The notes: generated from the letters alone by a model not told the origin. DNA of 64,000 nucleotides from an uncultured Gemmatimonadales bacterium (GCA_963816355.1 CAWFKH010000004.1:288001-352000), one strand, 5' to 3'. Numbered from the stretch's first letter, positions 10,146-23,202 are shown. A program made the numbers and translations.

Positions 10146-10873
10146 CGGGCACCGTTGAGCAACGTGACGCGGAAGGCGAGCGGGCGGCGCAAGCCGGGCC
10201 GCGCCGGGTCGAGCGCGACGACGCGGATGCCCACGGCTTCGAGGGCGCCGCCCAGAAGGACGGGCGCGAACGCGCTCTCGCCATCGGCGATGCGGAGATC
10301 GGTGAGCGGCTGCCGGCCGCCGGCGCCGCGGCGGTAGCGCAGCGCCGACGCCGCGAGGTGGTAGCTGCCTCGCTCGAAGAGGAGCAGCAGGGCCCCGACG
10401 GGGGGCGCCGGCGACGTGAGCCGCAACAGGTACCCCTCGCCCCAGCCCGCACCCGGGCAGCCGCCGGGGCGGGGTTGGGCCGCGAACAGAGCGGCGCCCC
10501 GCTCCGTGCCGTCGGCGCGGACCCAGAGCAGGGAGTCCTTGGCGGCGTCCGGGTCGCGCGCCCCCGAGAACAGGACGCGAACAGTGTCGTCGGCGGACGC
10601 GCAGACGATGGCCGCGGCGCGGTACGCGCGGAGCGCGATGGAGTCCGGCGCGATGGTGATCGGGTCGGCGCGCGGGCTCTCGAAGCGCAGCTCCTGCGCG
10701 AGCAGCAGGGACGCGGTGCGGGACGCCCCGTCCGCGGCGGCGTCCCCCGTGGCCGCGCGAGTCGCTGCGAGCGCGCCGCCATAGAGGCCGACGGCGGCGG
10801 CGGCGATCACGCCGGCCAGCAGCAGCGCCACGATCAGCTCGACCGCGGTGAAACCACCCCGTCCTTCCCTCAT
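10142..10873 (-). CDS. PilW-like minor pilin (set 2)
   Basis: GG|FTAVELIVALL. IAPDSIALRAYRAAAIVC parallels IGPDSIRFRAYRKAGVVC of set 1. Confidence 0.8.
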   Translation of the reverse strand: MREGRGGFTAVELIVALLLAGVIAAAAVGLYGGALAATRAATGDAAADGASRTASLLLAQELRFESPRADPITIAPDSIALRAYRAAAIVCASADDTVRVLFSGARDPDAAKDSLLWVRADGTERGAALFAAQPRPGGCPGAGWGEGYLLRLTSPAPPVGALLLLFERGSYHLAASALRYRRGAGGRQPLTDLRIADGESAFAPVLLGGALEAVGIRVVALDPARPGLRRPLAFRVTLLNGAR

Positions 10874-11223
10874 GGCGGCGAGAGCGCGGGGAGGGCGGGC
10901 GGGCGATGGAGGCGCACGCTGAACGCACGGGCGCCGCCGGGCGCGGCGATCTCGGCAGTGAGCGCGCGGACGCCGGCGCTGTCGGCCGACCAGCGCAGGG
11001 TCACCCCATCCTCGACGCGCTCGCCGGCCCCGCCGTCCGGCGCGACGAGCAGCGAGTCGGCGAGCGCCGCGATCCGTGCCAGCGCCGCCTCGTCGCGCGC
11101 CGCGCGGGTCGCGGCTCGCTGGAGCGCGACGAGCAACGTCGCGGCACCGATCACGCCCACCTGGAGGATCAGCAGCGCCACGATCAGCTCCGCCAGCGTG
11201 AAGCCGCCGCGCCGCTTCACCAC
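10870..11223 (-). CDS. PilV-like minor pilin (set 2)
   Basis: GG|FTLAELIVALLILQVGVIG. The start could be 11220 or 11223. Confidence 0.75.
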   Translation of the reverse strand: MVKRRGGFTLAELIVALLILQVGVIGAATLLVALQRAATRAARDEAALARIAALADSLLVAPDGGAGERVEDGVTLRWSADSAGVRALTAEIAAPGGARAFSVRLHRPPALPALSPP

Positions 11224-11672
11224 GCGCGCACCCTGCCATAGGAGGAGATGGTGACGCCCGCGGTCGCCGCGCCGCGTCGGAAGGTGATCGTGCGGCTGCC
11301 GACGGCCGCCAGCCCGAGGGCGGAGTAGCGGACCACCGCCGACGGAGCGCCCGCGACGCTCAGCGCCACGCCGAACTCGCGAGCCACCGCGACGGTGTCG
11401 GCGCGGCCGCCGGTGGCGGGGGCGGCGACGAGCGTCCCGGCGGCGGCGTCGACCGTCACCAGCTCGCCGCCGCCGGCGATGGCGTCGCTCCTGGCGCGGT
11501 CGAAGACGGCGCGGGCGGTCTCGGCCGCGCCGCGGACCGCGATCGCGTCGAGCACGGCCGCGACGCGCGGCAGCGCGACGGCGAGCGCGGCGGCGAGGAT
11601 CGAGAGGACGAGCAGCAGCTCGGCGAGCGAGAAGGCGCTACGCGCGCCCCTGGGGTCGGTCGTATCCGTCAT
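11217..11672 (-). CDS. FimT/GspH-like minor pilin (set 2)
   Basis: SA|FSLAELLLVLSI, RARSDAIAGG, C-terminal SSYGRVR. Confidence 0.75.
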   Translation of the reverse strand: MTDTTDPRGARSAFSLAELLLVLSILAAALAVALPRVAAVLDAIAVRGAAETARAVFDRARSDAIAGGGELVTVDAAAGTLVAAPATGGRADTVAVAREFGVALSVAGAPSAVVRYSALGLAAVGSRTITFRRGAATAGVTISSYGRVRAW

Positions 11673-11779
11673 GCGCCGATGGTGGCGCATCTTCGGGGGC
11701 ACATCCATGGCGGGATGCGCCGCTCGGCGCGCCCCGTCCCGGGCGGCGGTCGTGCGCGGGCGCCGCCGCGCGCCGGCGC

Positions 11780-13134
<1,355 letters not shown>

Positions 13135-13138
<4 letters not shown>

Positions 13139-14388
13139 GCGTGCGCCCCTTCCCTATCGGGCTTCGCCTTCGGAAGCAGGATCGTGAACGTGGTGCCGCC
13201 ACCGACCGTCGCTACGACGCGAATCGTGCCTCCCATCGCGTCGATCAGCCGCGCCGCGACGGCCAGGCCGAGCCCGGTGCCGCGGCCCGGCTCCTTCGTC
13301 GTGAAGAACGGCTCGAAGATCTGCTCGCGGTGCTCCGGCGAGATACCGGGCCCGTTGTCGCGAACGGAAATGTGCACGACCTCGTCGCCGCCGGCAAAGG
13401 GCGTGCGCCGCGGGATCTGCGGCCGCTGATTGAAGCGGCGGCGGTGCGAGTAGTCGATGTCGGGAGGGTCGTCGCGGCGCCGGGCGGGGAACGGCCGCAC
13501 GAGAGGGAACGCCTCGAAGCGGGTGGTGACGGCGAGGGCGGGCTGCGGAACGCCGTCGAGCGCGTCGAGCGCGTTGATCATGAGGTTGACGAGAATCTGC
13601 TGGAGCTGGTTCCAGTCGCCGAGGACGGCCGGCAGCGCAGTGGCGAGGTCGGTCGAGATGTCGACCGCGCTCAGCCTCCCCTGCACGCGCAGCAGCTCGA
13701 CCGTCTGGTTCACGACCTCGTTGACGTCGATCGGCCGTACGCGCGCCTCGCGCGGCCGCGCGTAGTCGAGCAGCCCGTGAACAATGCGGTCGATGCGATG
13801 CGCTTCCTTCTCCGCCGCGGCGACCAGCTCCTTGCGTCGCTCGTCCGCGCCGCGCCCCAGGAGCCCCAGGTAGCCGAGGATCGCGCCGAGCGGATTGCCG
13901 ATCTCGTGCGCGATGCCGGCGCCGAGGCGCCCGACCGAGGCCATCTTCTCGACCCGGATCAGCTCGTCGCGGGCCTCGGTCAACTCGCGGTTCGTCCGGT
14001 CCAGCGACCGGACGTTCGCCTTGAGCTCCTCCTGGTGCACGATGAGACGACCCGCCATCCGGTTCACGCTCTCCGCGAGCCGTACCATCTCCTGCGTCTC
14101 GCCCACCTCGATGCGGCGCGAGATGTCGCCGCCGGCGATCTCCTCGACCTCCGCCACGAGCCGCTCCAGCGGACGCACGACCCGCAGCCGCACGACGACG
14201 TGCACGAACGCCGCGAAGATGAGGATGTCCGCCGCGGCGAGCACGCCCAGATACACGGTCGCCTGGGCCGGCGTGCGGAGGTGGGGATAGAGCAGCAGAA
14301 TCCCCGTCCCCGCGACCACGATCGCGGCCGCGAAGACGACGACGAGTGCTCCGATGAGCTCGCGACCCAGCGTCGGCAACGATTTCAT
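13135..14388 (-). CDS. HAMP sensor histidine kinase
   Basis: Two TM helices, HAMP, H-box AHEIGNPL, N/G1/F/G2 boxes (DNGPG, FFTTK, GTGLGL). Confidence 0.92.
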
Positions 14389-14506
14389 TCAGGCTCGAAC
14401 GGGGGGCGGGACCGGAGCGGCAAGATGCGTGGGGCGGTGGAGCGGGGCAAGCGAGCGGCGAGCGCGATCGGCCGGCGGGAGGGCGAGTGTCGGTGGCTCG
14501 GGCGGA

Positions 14507-14899
14507 TCAGTGCGTGCAGGCGATCTCGCCTTCCGACGTGGCGGGAGAGGCGGAAAGCGAATCGGCGGTGCCGAAGTAGATGCCGCACTGCTCGCCGGGC
14601 ATCGCCTGGTGGACCGCCGTGGCCGCCCAGCCGGTCGGTGACACGTCAGCCAGCACGATCGTGACACCGGCGCTCGGCACGTACTCCGTCGCGCTCGGAT
14701 CGGCCGTGTACGTCGCGTGCGCCTTGTGGTACAGCTCCTCCTGGATCGACATCACGCGCAGATCACTCTCCAGCACCGAGTAGTAGGCGAGCCGGCGCAT
14801 CTTCGCGTACTGTGGGATCGCGATCGCCGCGAGAATGCCGATCACCAGCACGACGATGATCAGCTCGATCAGCGTGAAGCCGCCTCTCCTCGCCACCAT
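14507..14899 (-). CDS. Type IV pilin, paralog of the adjacent major pilin
   Basis: GG|FTLIELIIVVLVIGILAAIAIP, C-terminal Cys pair. Confidence 0.9.
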   Translation of the reverse strand: MVARRGGFTLIELIIVVLVIGILAAIAIPQYAKMRRLAYYSVLESDLRVMSIQEELYHKAHATYTADPSATEYVPSAGVTIVLADVSPTGWAATAVHQAMPGEQCGIYFGTADSLSASPATSEGEIACTH

Positions 14900-14979
14900 C
14901 CCTCCCCCTTTCGACGAAGACGAGGCGGGACGGCACGCGCCGCCCCGCCCCCTACGTCTCCCCGAGTCAGGCGTAGGGC

Positions 14980-15384
14980 CTACTCACCCGCGCAGATCAC
15001 CACGTTCGGGACCGTGTCCACCGTGAACGTCGACGGCGCATCTCCCACGCGCACCGTGCAGTACTGCGTCGCGGCGAGCGCCGAGTGCGTGGTCTTCGCT
15101 TCCCAGCCGGTCGTCCCCGCACCGGCGACCGTGATCGTCACGCCCTGCGACGGCTGATACCCCGCGGCGCTCACCGTCGACGCGTAAGAATAGCTGTTCG
15201 CCGGGTCCGAATAGTAGATCTCCTGCTGCGCCTGCAGGTTCTTCAGATCCGACTTCATCGCCGAGAAGTACGCCTTCTCGCGCATCGTCGTGAACTTCGG
15301 GATCGCGATCGCGGCCAGAATGCCGATGATCACCACCACGATCAACAGCTCGATGAGCGTGAAGCCCTTCCTGTCCTTCAGCAT
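14980..15384 (-). CDS. pilA: Major type IVa pilin
   Basis: MLKDRKG|FTLIELLIVVVIIGILAAIAIPKF, C-terminal Cys pair, and its own sigma54 promoter. Confidence 0.9.
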   Translation of the reverse strand: MLKDRKGFTLIELLIVVVIIGILAAIAIPKFTTMREKAYFSAMKSDLKNLQAQQEIYYSDPANSYSYASTVSAAGYQPSQGVTITVAGAGTTGWEAKTTHSALAATQYCTVRVGDAPSTFTVDTVPNVVICAGE

Positions 15385-15439
15385 GCGAATCCTCCGGGTG
15401 ACGTACACGTGTCGGGGAGCACCGAACGCCCCCGGAGGG

Positions 15440-15456
15440 GGCAATCTGCATACCGG
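15440..15456 (-). promoter_or_regulatory. Sigma54 (-24/-12) promoter of pilA
   Basis: Minus strand CCGGTATGCAGATTGCC = GG-N10-GC, about 55 bp upstream of the ATG. Confidence 0.75.
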
Positions 15457-15494
15457 CCGGGCACGCCCCGGAACCGGTCCTGTAAACTATCTTG

Positions 15495-15577
15495 TAACAA
15501 CACTTTACATGCCTCAGCCCGTAGAGTCCGCCGGCGTGCGACCCCGCAATCGGGTTGCATTGTGCGAATCCGTTGCA
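15495..15577. promoter_or_regulatory. IHF-like site plus tandem activator-binding (UAS-like) imperfect palindromes
   Basis: TAACAACACTTTA (15495-15507) has 1 mismatch to WATCAANNNNTTR. cgcaatcgggttgca (15545) and tgcgaatccgttgca (15563) are 18 bp apart. Confidence 0.5.
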
Positions 15578-17532
15578 GATTTCAGCGGCGCCAGGAGCGA
15601 ATCGAGCAGCGCGCCGAGCGGGGGCGCGGTGGGGGCGAGCGCGGCGGCGGCGCGCCTGGCGGAATCGGCGGCGTGGATCGCGGCGCTCGTATCGCCGGCG
15701 GCGGCGAGGGCGCGGGCGAGGTAAGCCCAGCGGAGCGGCCGAGCGGGGTCGCGGAAGTCGAGAGAGCGCCGCAGGGCGACGGCGGCGTCGCGGGGGCGGC
15801 CGATCTCGAGGAGGGCGCGGCCGCGGAGGCCCAGGAGGGGTCCGGAGGCGCCGGCGAGGTCTTCGGCGCGGCGGAGCGCGGCGAGCGCGTCGTCGTAGCG
15901 GTGGTCCTGGAAGAGCGCGAAGGCGAGGAGCGACGAAGCGTAGGTGGCCGCGGGGTGAAGCGCCACGGCGCGGCGGAGGAGGCGGACGGCGAGGCCGGGC
16001 CGGTCGGTGCGGAGCGCGAAACCGGCGTAGTCGGCGAGCATGTCGGAGTCGTAGGGCCAGAGGCGGTACGCGAGCTCGAAGCGGTCGCCGGCGGCGGCGG
16101 TGTCGCCGGCGGCGAAGCTGGCGGCGGCCGCAGACCACTGCGCGCGGTACGACTCCGGGTGGTCACGGATGAGCGAGCGGTCGACGGCGGCGGTGCTGCG
16201 CCACACCGGATTGCGGGCGGCGGTGCGGACGGCGAAGGCGGTGAGGAGGACGGCGAAAGCGGCGGGCGCCGCGCGTAGGGGCAGACGCGCGGAAAAGGCA
16301 GCCGGGGCGGCGCGGGCGCGCCGGTAGGCGTCGGCGAGGAACGCCGCCGCGAGCGCGACGCCGACGGAGGGGAGGTAGAGCGTCCGCTCGGCGACGAGCA
16401 CCCCGACCGGGAAGAGGAGGTTGGACACGGGCAGGATCGCGAGCAGCACCCACGCGGCGGGCAGACCGACCCGCGGCCTCAGCGGGGTGGCGAGCGCGAG
16501 CAGAGCGGTTCCGCCGAGCAGCACGGCGCCGAGCGCGGCAGCGGGGGTGAGGGCGGCGACGGGCAGCACGACGCCGGGCGAGTAGTCGGCGGAGAGGTCG
16601 AGTGGCAGGACGAGGAGGCGCGCGTACTCCGGCCACGCCCGGAGCGCGGAGAGGAGGCGGTGCGGCCCGCGCAGGAAGGGCAGGTAGGGCGCCGGATCGG
16701 AACCCGCGATGTGCCCGAGGACGTGGATGCGGAGCGCCAGGTACGCGATCGCCACGGCGGCGAGCGTCGCGAGCAGCGGTCCGGCGCGCCGCGCGTAGGT
16801 GGCCACTCCGGCGAGAGAGGGGCCGGCGCGGCCGAGCGCGAGGTCGAGCGCGACGAGCAGCGCGGGAAGGACGATCGCGTTCTCCTTCGCGAGCATGCCG
16901 GCGGCGTAGAGGGCGGCGATGACGGCGATGCGCGACGGCGCGCCGATCGCCGCGATCCGCGGTGGCGCCGCGGGCGGGCGTGGCGGCGCGGCGGCCGTTG
17001 GCGCCGCGGCGGCGGCGGGGCGCGTGTGGAGCAGGGCGGCGGCGAGGACGGCGGCCGCGGCGAGCAGCTCCGCCTGCCCCACGACGCTCGCGACCGCTTC
17101 GGTGTGGACCGGGTGGAGCGCGAAGAGGAGCGCGCCGCACGCCGCGGGGACGACGTCGACGAAGCGGCGCAGCAGGAGCAGGACGAGCACGGAGACGCCG
17201 GCGTGGGCGAGCACGTCGACCGCGTGGAAGATCCAGGGCGCGCCTCCGCCGAGCCGCCATTCGATGGCGAAAAGGAAGCTGGTGAGCGGACGATAGATCC
17301 CGATCTCGCGGCCGAGCGTGGGCCAGTACGGCGAGAGCCAGAGCGCGCCGGGATGGGCAAGGTCGTGGACGGGCGGGTTGCGGAGGACGATCCAGACGTC
17401 GTCGAGCGCGAAGCCGTTGCCGAGCGAGTTCCAGTAGACGACGACGGCGGCGAGCGCGACGAGCGCGATCGCAGCGCGCGGCGCGATCGCGTCCGTCGCC
17501 GGGCCGGCCGGGGCGGTGCGCGGCGCGCTCAC
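15514..17532 (-). CDS. TMTC-like (GT-C fold) membrane glycosyltransferase with C-terminal TPRs
   Basis: YWNSLGNGFALDD, YRPLT, HPVHTEAVASVVGQAELL, AKENAIVLP, LSADYS and AERTLYLPS motifs; multiple TM helices; helical TPR-like tail. GTG start overlaps the upstream stop. Confidence 0.85.
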   Translation of the reverse strand: MSAPRTAPAGPATDAIAPRAAIALVALAAVVVYWNSLGNGFALDDVWIVLRNPPVHDLAHPGALWLSPYWPTLGREIGIYRPLTSFLFAIEWRLGGGAPWIFHAVDVLAHAGVSVLVLLLLRRFVDVVPAACGALLFALHPVHTEAVASVVGQAELLAAAAVLAAALLHTRPAAAAAPTAAAPPRPPAAPPRIAAIGAPSRIAVIAALYAAGMLAKENAIVLPALLVALDLALGRAGPSLAGVATYARRAGPLLATLAAVAIAYLALRIHVLGHIAGSDPAPYLPFLRGPHRLLSALRAWPEYARLLVLPLDLSADYSPGVVLPVAALTPAAALGAVLLGGTALLALATPLRPRVGLPAAWVLLAILPVSNLLFPVGVLVAERTLYLPSVGVALAAAFLADAYRRARAAPAAFSARLPLRAAPAAFAVLLTAFAVRTAARNPVWRSTAAVDRSLIRDHPESYRAQWSAAAASFAAGDTAAAGDRFELAYRLWPYDSDMLADYAGFALRTDRPGLAVRLLRRAVALHPAATYASSLLAFALFQDHRYDDALAALRRAEDLAGASGPLLGLRGRALLEIGRPRDAAVALRRSLDFRDPARPLRWAYLARALAAAGDTSAAIHAADSARRAAAALAPTAPPLGALLDSLLAPLKSATDSHNATRLRGRTPADSTG

Positions 17533-18368
17533 CCGCGTGGCCGCTCGCGCGCGGCGGCGCCGCTGGCAGCGCCGGCGGGCGCCGTCCCTGCGGCCGCGGC
17601 GGCGGAGCGACGGCGCGCGGCGGCCCGGAGGCGGGCGCGGAATCCCACGTGAAGCCGGAGCAGCTCGAACGCGGCGCGGCCGAAGTCGCGCGGGCGCAGC
17701 CGGGATCCGGGCACGTCGCGCCAGCGGTGGAGCGGCACCTCGCAGATCAGGTCGGCGGGGCGGGCGCGCTCCTCGGATGCGATGAGGCGGAAGAGCAACT
17801 CGACGTCGAAGAGCCAGCGGGTGCGGAACGGCGCGGCGAAGAGGTCGCGGAGCTGGCGGTCGGCACGGAAGAGCTTGGCGCCGCACTGCGTGTCGTAGAC
17901 GCGCAGGTCGAGGAGCAGCGACACGGCGGTGGCGAAGATGCGGCCGGCGTAGTGGCGGGCGGCGCGGCGCTCGATGGTGCGGCCGAGGAGCTGGACGCGG
18001 GAGCCGATCACCCAGCGCAGGCCGGGGCGCTCCCGCAGGATGGCGCGGAAGGCGAGCACGTCGTCGAGCGGCGTGGCGAGGTCCGCGTCCCAGTAGCCGA
18101 CGTATTCGACACCCTCCTCGAGCGCGCTCAGCACGCCCTGCCGCACCGCCTCCGCCTTGCCGACGTTGCGTGGCAGGGGGAGCACGCGCACGCGCGCGGG
18201 TGCCTCCGCGCGGAGCGCTTCGAGGCGCCTCAAGGTGTCGTCCCGGCTGCCGTCGTCGACGAAGAGGAGGTCGATGTCCTCGGCGCGGGAGAGGAACTTC
18301 AGGCAGGCGGCGGCGTCGAGGCGGCGGGCCTCGTCGTAGCACGGGATCACGAGCACGGTCTTGGCCAC
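17529..18368 (-). CDS. GT2 glycosyltransferase (dolichyl/polyprenyl-phosphate glucosyltransferase-like)
   Basis: VIPCYDE, VDDGSRD, NVGKAEAVRQG, WDADLATP, DTQCGAKLF, WLFDVELL. Confidence 0.88.
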   Translation of the reverse strand: MAKTVLVIPCYDEARRLDAAACLKFLSRAEDIDLLFVDDGSRDDTLRRLEALRAEAPARVRVLPLPRNVGKAEAVRQGVLSALEEGVEYVGYWDADLATPLDDVLAFRAILRERPGLRWVIGSRVQLLGRTIERRAARHYAGRIFATAVSLLLDLRVYDTQCGAKLFRADRQLRDLFAAPFRTRWLFDVELLFRLIASEERARPADLICEVPLHRWRDVPGSRLRPRDFGRAAFELLRLHVGFRARLRAAARRRSAAAAAGTAPAGAASGAAARERPRG

Positions 18369-18378
18369 GTCGGGCCCC

Positions 18379-19233
18379 TCAGGCGGATCGGGGATCGAGG
18401 CGACCGCCCGGAGAGGGCCGGTGCGTGTCTGCCGCGACGTCCGGGGGGCGGCCGCGGCGCGCCAGCTCGCCCGGCGCGCGACGCAGCAGGGCGAGGAGGC
18501 TGACGCCGCGCGTGTAGGGAGCGGCGCGGCGGTCGAGGGCGCGCAGGAGGCGACGGCGCTCGCCCGCGAAGCACGCCTCGAGCGCGCGATTGGCGAGCGG
18601 CGGCGGAGCGCCGAGGTCGCTGCCTTCGCGGCCCACAGTGAGGCCGGTCGCGCGGCCGAGGGCACGGATCGTCGCCACGAGCGGGTAGAGGCGCGCGTTG
18701 AAGTGGGTCAGGAGCAGCGGCTCGAGCGGCAGCCCGTCCCACAGCCGCGCGAGGCGGTCGCTCGTGTAGCGCCGCCAGTGGCCGAAGCGCTCGTCGTGCG
18801 CGCTCCAGAGGCGCGGCACGGCGGGCACCGTGACGAGCAGGTGGGCGCCCGCGTGCGCGGCGGCCGCGACCGCGGAGAAGAGGGCAAAGTCGTCCTCGAC
18901 GTGCTCCAGCACGTCCATCATCAGGAACGCGTCGGCGGCCGCGGCGTCGTCCGCGAGGGCGTCCGGCGCACGGCCGCGGACGAAGCGGACGCGCGGATAG
19001 CGCCGGGCGGCGAGCTCGATTGCCGGGGCGGCGGTGTCGATGCCGACGCAGCGGTAGCCACCGGCGAGGGCGGCAATGTTCGCGCCCGTGCCGCAGCCGA
19101 CGTCGACCACGAGGCGGTCCTCGCCGGGGGGCACGACGCGCTCGAGGAGCGCGCGCATGATGCGCCGGCGCGCGACGAACCACCAATGACGTTCCTCGAT
19201 GCTCGCGTGGAGCTCGAAGAGCGAAGCATCCAT
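18379..19233 (-). CDS. Class I SAM-dependent methyltransferase
   Basis: [27 protein letters not shown]...HWRRY. Confidence 0.88.
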   Translation of the reverse strand: MDASLFELHASIEERHWWFVARRRIMRALLERVVPPGEDRLVVDVGCGTGANIAALAGGYRCVGIDTAAPAIELAARRYPRVRFVRGRAPDALADDAAAADAFLMMDVLEHVEDDFALFSAVAAAAHAGAHLLVTVPAVPRLWSAHDERFGHWRRYTSDRLARLWDGLPLEPLLLTHFNARLYPLVATIRALGRATGLTVGREGSDLGAPPPLANRALEACFAGERRRLLRALDRRAAPYTRGVSLLALLRRAPGELARRGRPPDVAADTHRPSPGGRLDPRSA

Positions 19234-19270
19234 CGCTCCTCCCCTCTCAGCGGCGGGATGGCAAGGCGGC

Positions 19271-20037
19271 TCAGGCCTCGTCGATGGGAGCGGGGCGCCG
19301 CGCCGCCGGCACCGCCGGAGTGGGGGCGGAGCGCGGCCGGAGCAGGTTGAAGCGGAAGATGTGGCCGAAGGCGGCGACGCCGTCCTTCCAGTTGATCTTC
19401 TTCCCCTCCGCGTAGGTGCGGCCGTCGTAGCTGATCGGTACCTCGTAGATGCGGGCGCGCGCCTGCGCGAGGCGGGCGGTGAGCTCCGGCTCGATGCCGA
19501 AGCGCTCGGCGGTGAGCGGCAGCGACCGCATCAGCTCGGAGCGGACCATCTTGTAGCACGTCTCCATGTCGGTGAGGTTCAGGTCCGTGAGCATGTTGGA
19601 GAGGAGCGTGAGCACACCGTTGCCGAGCCGGTGCCAGAAGTAGAGGACTCGGTGCGGCCCGCCCAGGAAGCGGCTGCCGAATACGGCGTCGGCGCGGCCG
19701 GCGGCGATCGGCTCGAGGAGGTGCGGCAGGTCGTGCGGGTCGTACTCCAGGTCCGCGTCCTGGATCACCATCACGTCGCCGGTCGCGGCCGCGATCGCGC
19801 TGCGCACCGCCGCGCCCTTGCCGCGGTTCACGCCGTGCCGTACGACGACGTCGACGAGTCCCTCCTCCCGCAGCGCGTCGAGCACGTCGGCGGTGCCGTC
19901 GCTCGAGCCGTCGTCGACGCAGATCACCTCGAGCTGCAGCGGCACCGTGCGCAGGCGCTCCAGAGCGCGCCGCACCGTCGCTCGCTCGTTGTAGACGGGG
20001 ACGAGGACGCTGACCTTCACCGTGGCCGTGTCGAGGC

Positions 20038-20041
<4 letters not shown>
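19271..20041 (-). CDS. GT2 glycosyltransferase (DPM synthase-like)
   Basis: [48 protein letters not shown]. Confidence 0.9.
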
Positions 20042-21414
<1,373 letters not shown>

Positions 21415-21419
21415 CCTCG

Positions 21420-23051
21420 TCACGCCTCCGCCGCCGACACCGCGTCCGCGCCCGCGTGCACGGCGCGCGGCAGGTACACCGTGAACGTGGCGCCCTTCCC
21501 CTCCCCACCGCCGTCCACGAAGATCGCGCCGCCGTGCGCCTCGACCGCGCGGTGCACCAGCGCGAGCCCGAGACCCGTGCCGGCCGGCCGCGTCGTGAAG
21601 AAGGGATCGAACACGCGCGGGAGATTGCGCGTCGAGATGCCCGGCCCGGAATCGGTGACGCGCACGCGCGCCGCGAGCGGCAGCTCGATGGCGCTCGGCA
21701 GCTCGTCCGTTCTCGCCGCTCTCATGTCGACCCGCACGACGCCCCCGGCCGAGTGCTGAACCCCGTTCAGGACCAGGTTGAAGACGGCGCGATGCAGCAG
21801 ATCGCGGTCGCCGTGGACGAAGATCGGCTCGTCCGGCAGCGCGAGGTCGACCTGCCCGCGCTCGCCGTCCGGATGGCGCCGCGCCAGCTCGACCGCCTCC
21901 GTCACCACCGCCCCGAGATCGATCGGCGACGGCCGTCCCAGCTCGATGCGGCTGTAGTCGATGAACTCCGACAACAGCCGGCTCAGCCGGTCCGATTCCT
22001 TCAGCACCAGCCCCTCCAGCGTCGCACGATCCGCGGCGCCCAGCGCCGGGCTGGAGAGCTGCTCGATCGAGCTCCGGATCGACGCCAGCGGATTCTTGAT
22101 CTCGTGCGCCAACGACGCCGACATCTCGCCCAACGCCTCCAGCCGCTCCGCCCGCCGGTGCAGCTCCTCCAACCGCTTCCCCTCCGTGATGTCCTGGCAC
22201 ACCGCCGTCACCCACGGCGTCGACTCCCGATCCAGCACCGTCGTCCGCACCCCCAGCACGCGACGCCGCCCATCCGACGCCCCCAGACTCGCCTCGAAAC
22301 GCGTCACCGGCACCCGCGTCACCGCCGTCCGCTGCAGGATCGCACCGGCGCCCGGCGCCCGACGGTCCAGCTCCGCCAGGACCGGACGACCCATCCACGA
22401 CTCCCCCACCACCCCCAGAATCCGCTCCGCCGCCGCGTTGATGTAGACCAGCGAGCCACCCCCATCCACCGTCACCACGCCCGTGTCCAACGCGGCCAGA
22501 ATGTCCGTCGTGTCCAGCCGCAGCTGCCGCAGCTCCGACTGCACCTCGCCCAGCTCCGCCCCCGCCCGCCGCAGGCGGTCTCCCAGGAAACCGGTCACCA
22601 CCGCCATCACCCCGAACAGCCCGATCTGCACCAGCACGCTCGTCGGCGGCTCCCCCAGCTGCCAGATGATGTCACCGACGTACAGCACGCTCGAAAGCGC
22701 CGCGATCAACCACCCCCCGGGCACCGGAAGCAGCACCGCCCCCGCCGCGATCACCAACACGTACAGCGGCGCGAAATCGGCGCTCGCGCCCGTCACGTGC
22801 ACCACCACCGTCACCAGCAGCGCGTCGTAGACCACCTGCACGTACAGGTAGTTCTGTCCCGGAGGCCGCCCCCACACCTCCGTCCACCACACGCTCACCA
22901 GCGTGAACGCCACCGTCACCGCCAGCGCGACGCCCGCGATCTCCGGCTGCGGCGGCTGCCGCCACAACCAGTACGCACCCGCGAAGACCACGAGGGCCAC
23001 CATCATCCGGCCCACGTAGATCCACCGCAGCAGCCGTGTCGGCCTCGTCAT
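21420..23051 (-). CDS. pilS: PilS-like sensor kinase (6 TM + PAS + HisKA/HATPase)
   Basis: Multi-TM N-terminus, PAS-like segment, AHEIKNPL, DSGPG, FFTT, GTGLGL. ATG at 23051. Confidence 0.8.
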   Translation of the reverse strand: MTRPTRLLRWIYVGRMMVALVVFAGAYWLWRQPPQPEIAGVALAVTVAFTLVSVWWTEVWGRPPGQNYLYVQVVYDALLVTVVVHVTGASADFAPLYVLVIAAGAVLLPVPGGWLIAALSSVLYVGDIIWQLGEPPTSVLVQIGLFGVMAVVTGFLGDRLRRAGAELGEVQSELRQLRLDTTDILAALDTGVVTVDGGGSLVYINAAAERILGVVGESWMGRPVLAELDRRAPGAGAILQRTAVTRVPVTRFEASLGASDGRRRVLGVRTTVLDRESTPWVTAVCQDITEGKRLEELHRRAERLEALGEMSASLAHEIKNPLASIRSSIEQLSSPALGAADRATLEGLVLKESDRLSRLLSEFIDYSRIELGRPSPIDLGAVVTEAVELARRHPDGERGQVDLALPDEPIFVHGDRDLLHRAVFNLVLNGVQHSAGGVVRVDMRAARTDELPSAIELPLAARVRVTDSGPGISTRNLPRVFDPFFTTRPAGTGLGLALVHRAVEAHGGAIFVDGGGEGKGATFTVYLPRAVHAGADAVSAAEA

Positions 23052-23202
23052 CGCGCGTCGCGTGGTTCGGGGAATGCCTGCAGACACCGGCGTCGCCGGG
23101 AACAACAGGGGAGGAGCGTTGAAGGTAGGACAGGGGCTTGCAGACTGCAAGGGTGGCGTTTCGCAAATTCCTACGGCCCCGCGGAGGGGAGGGCGCGGAG
23201 CA

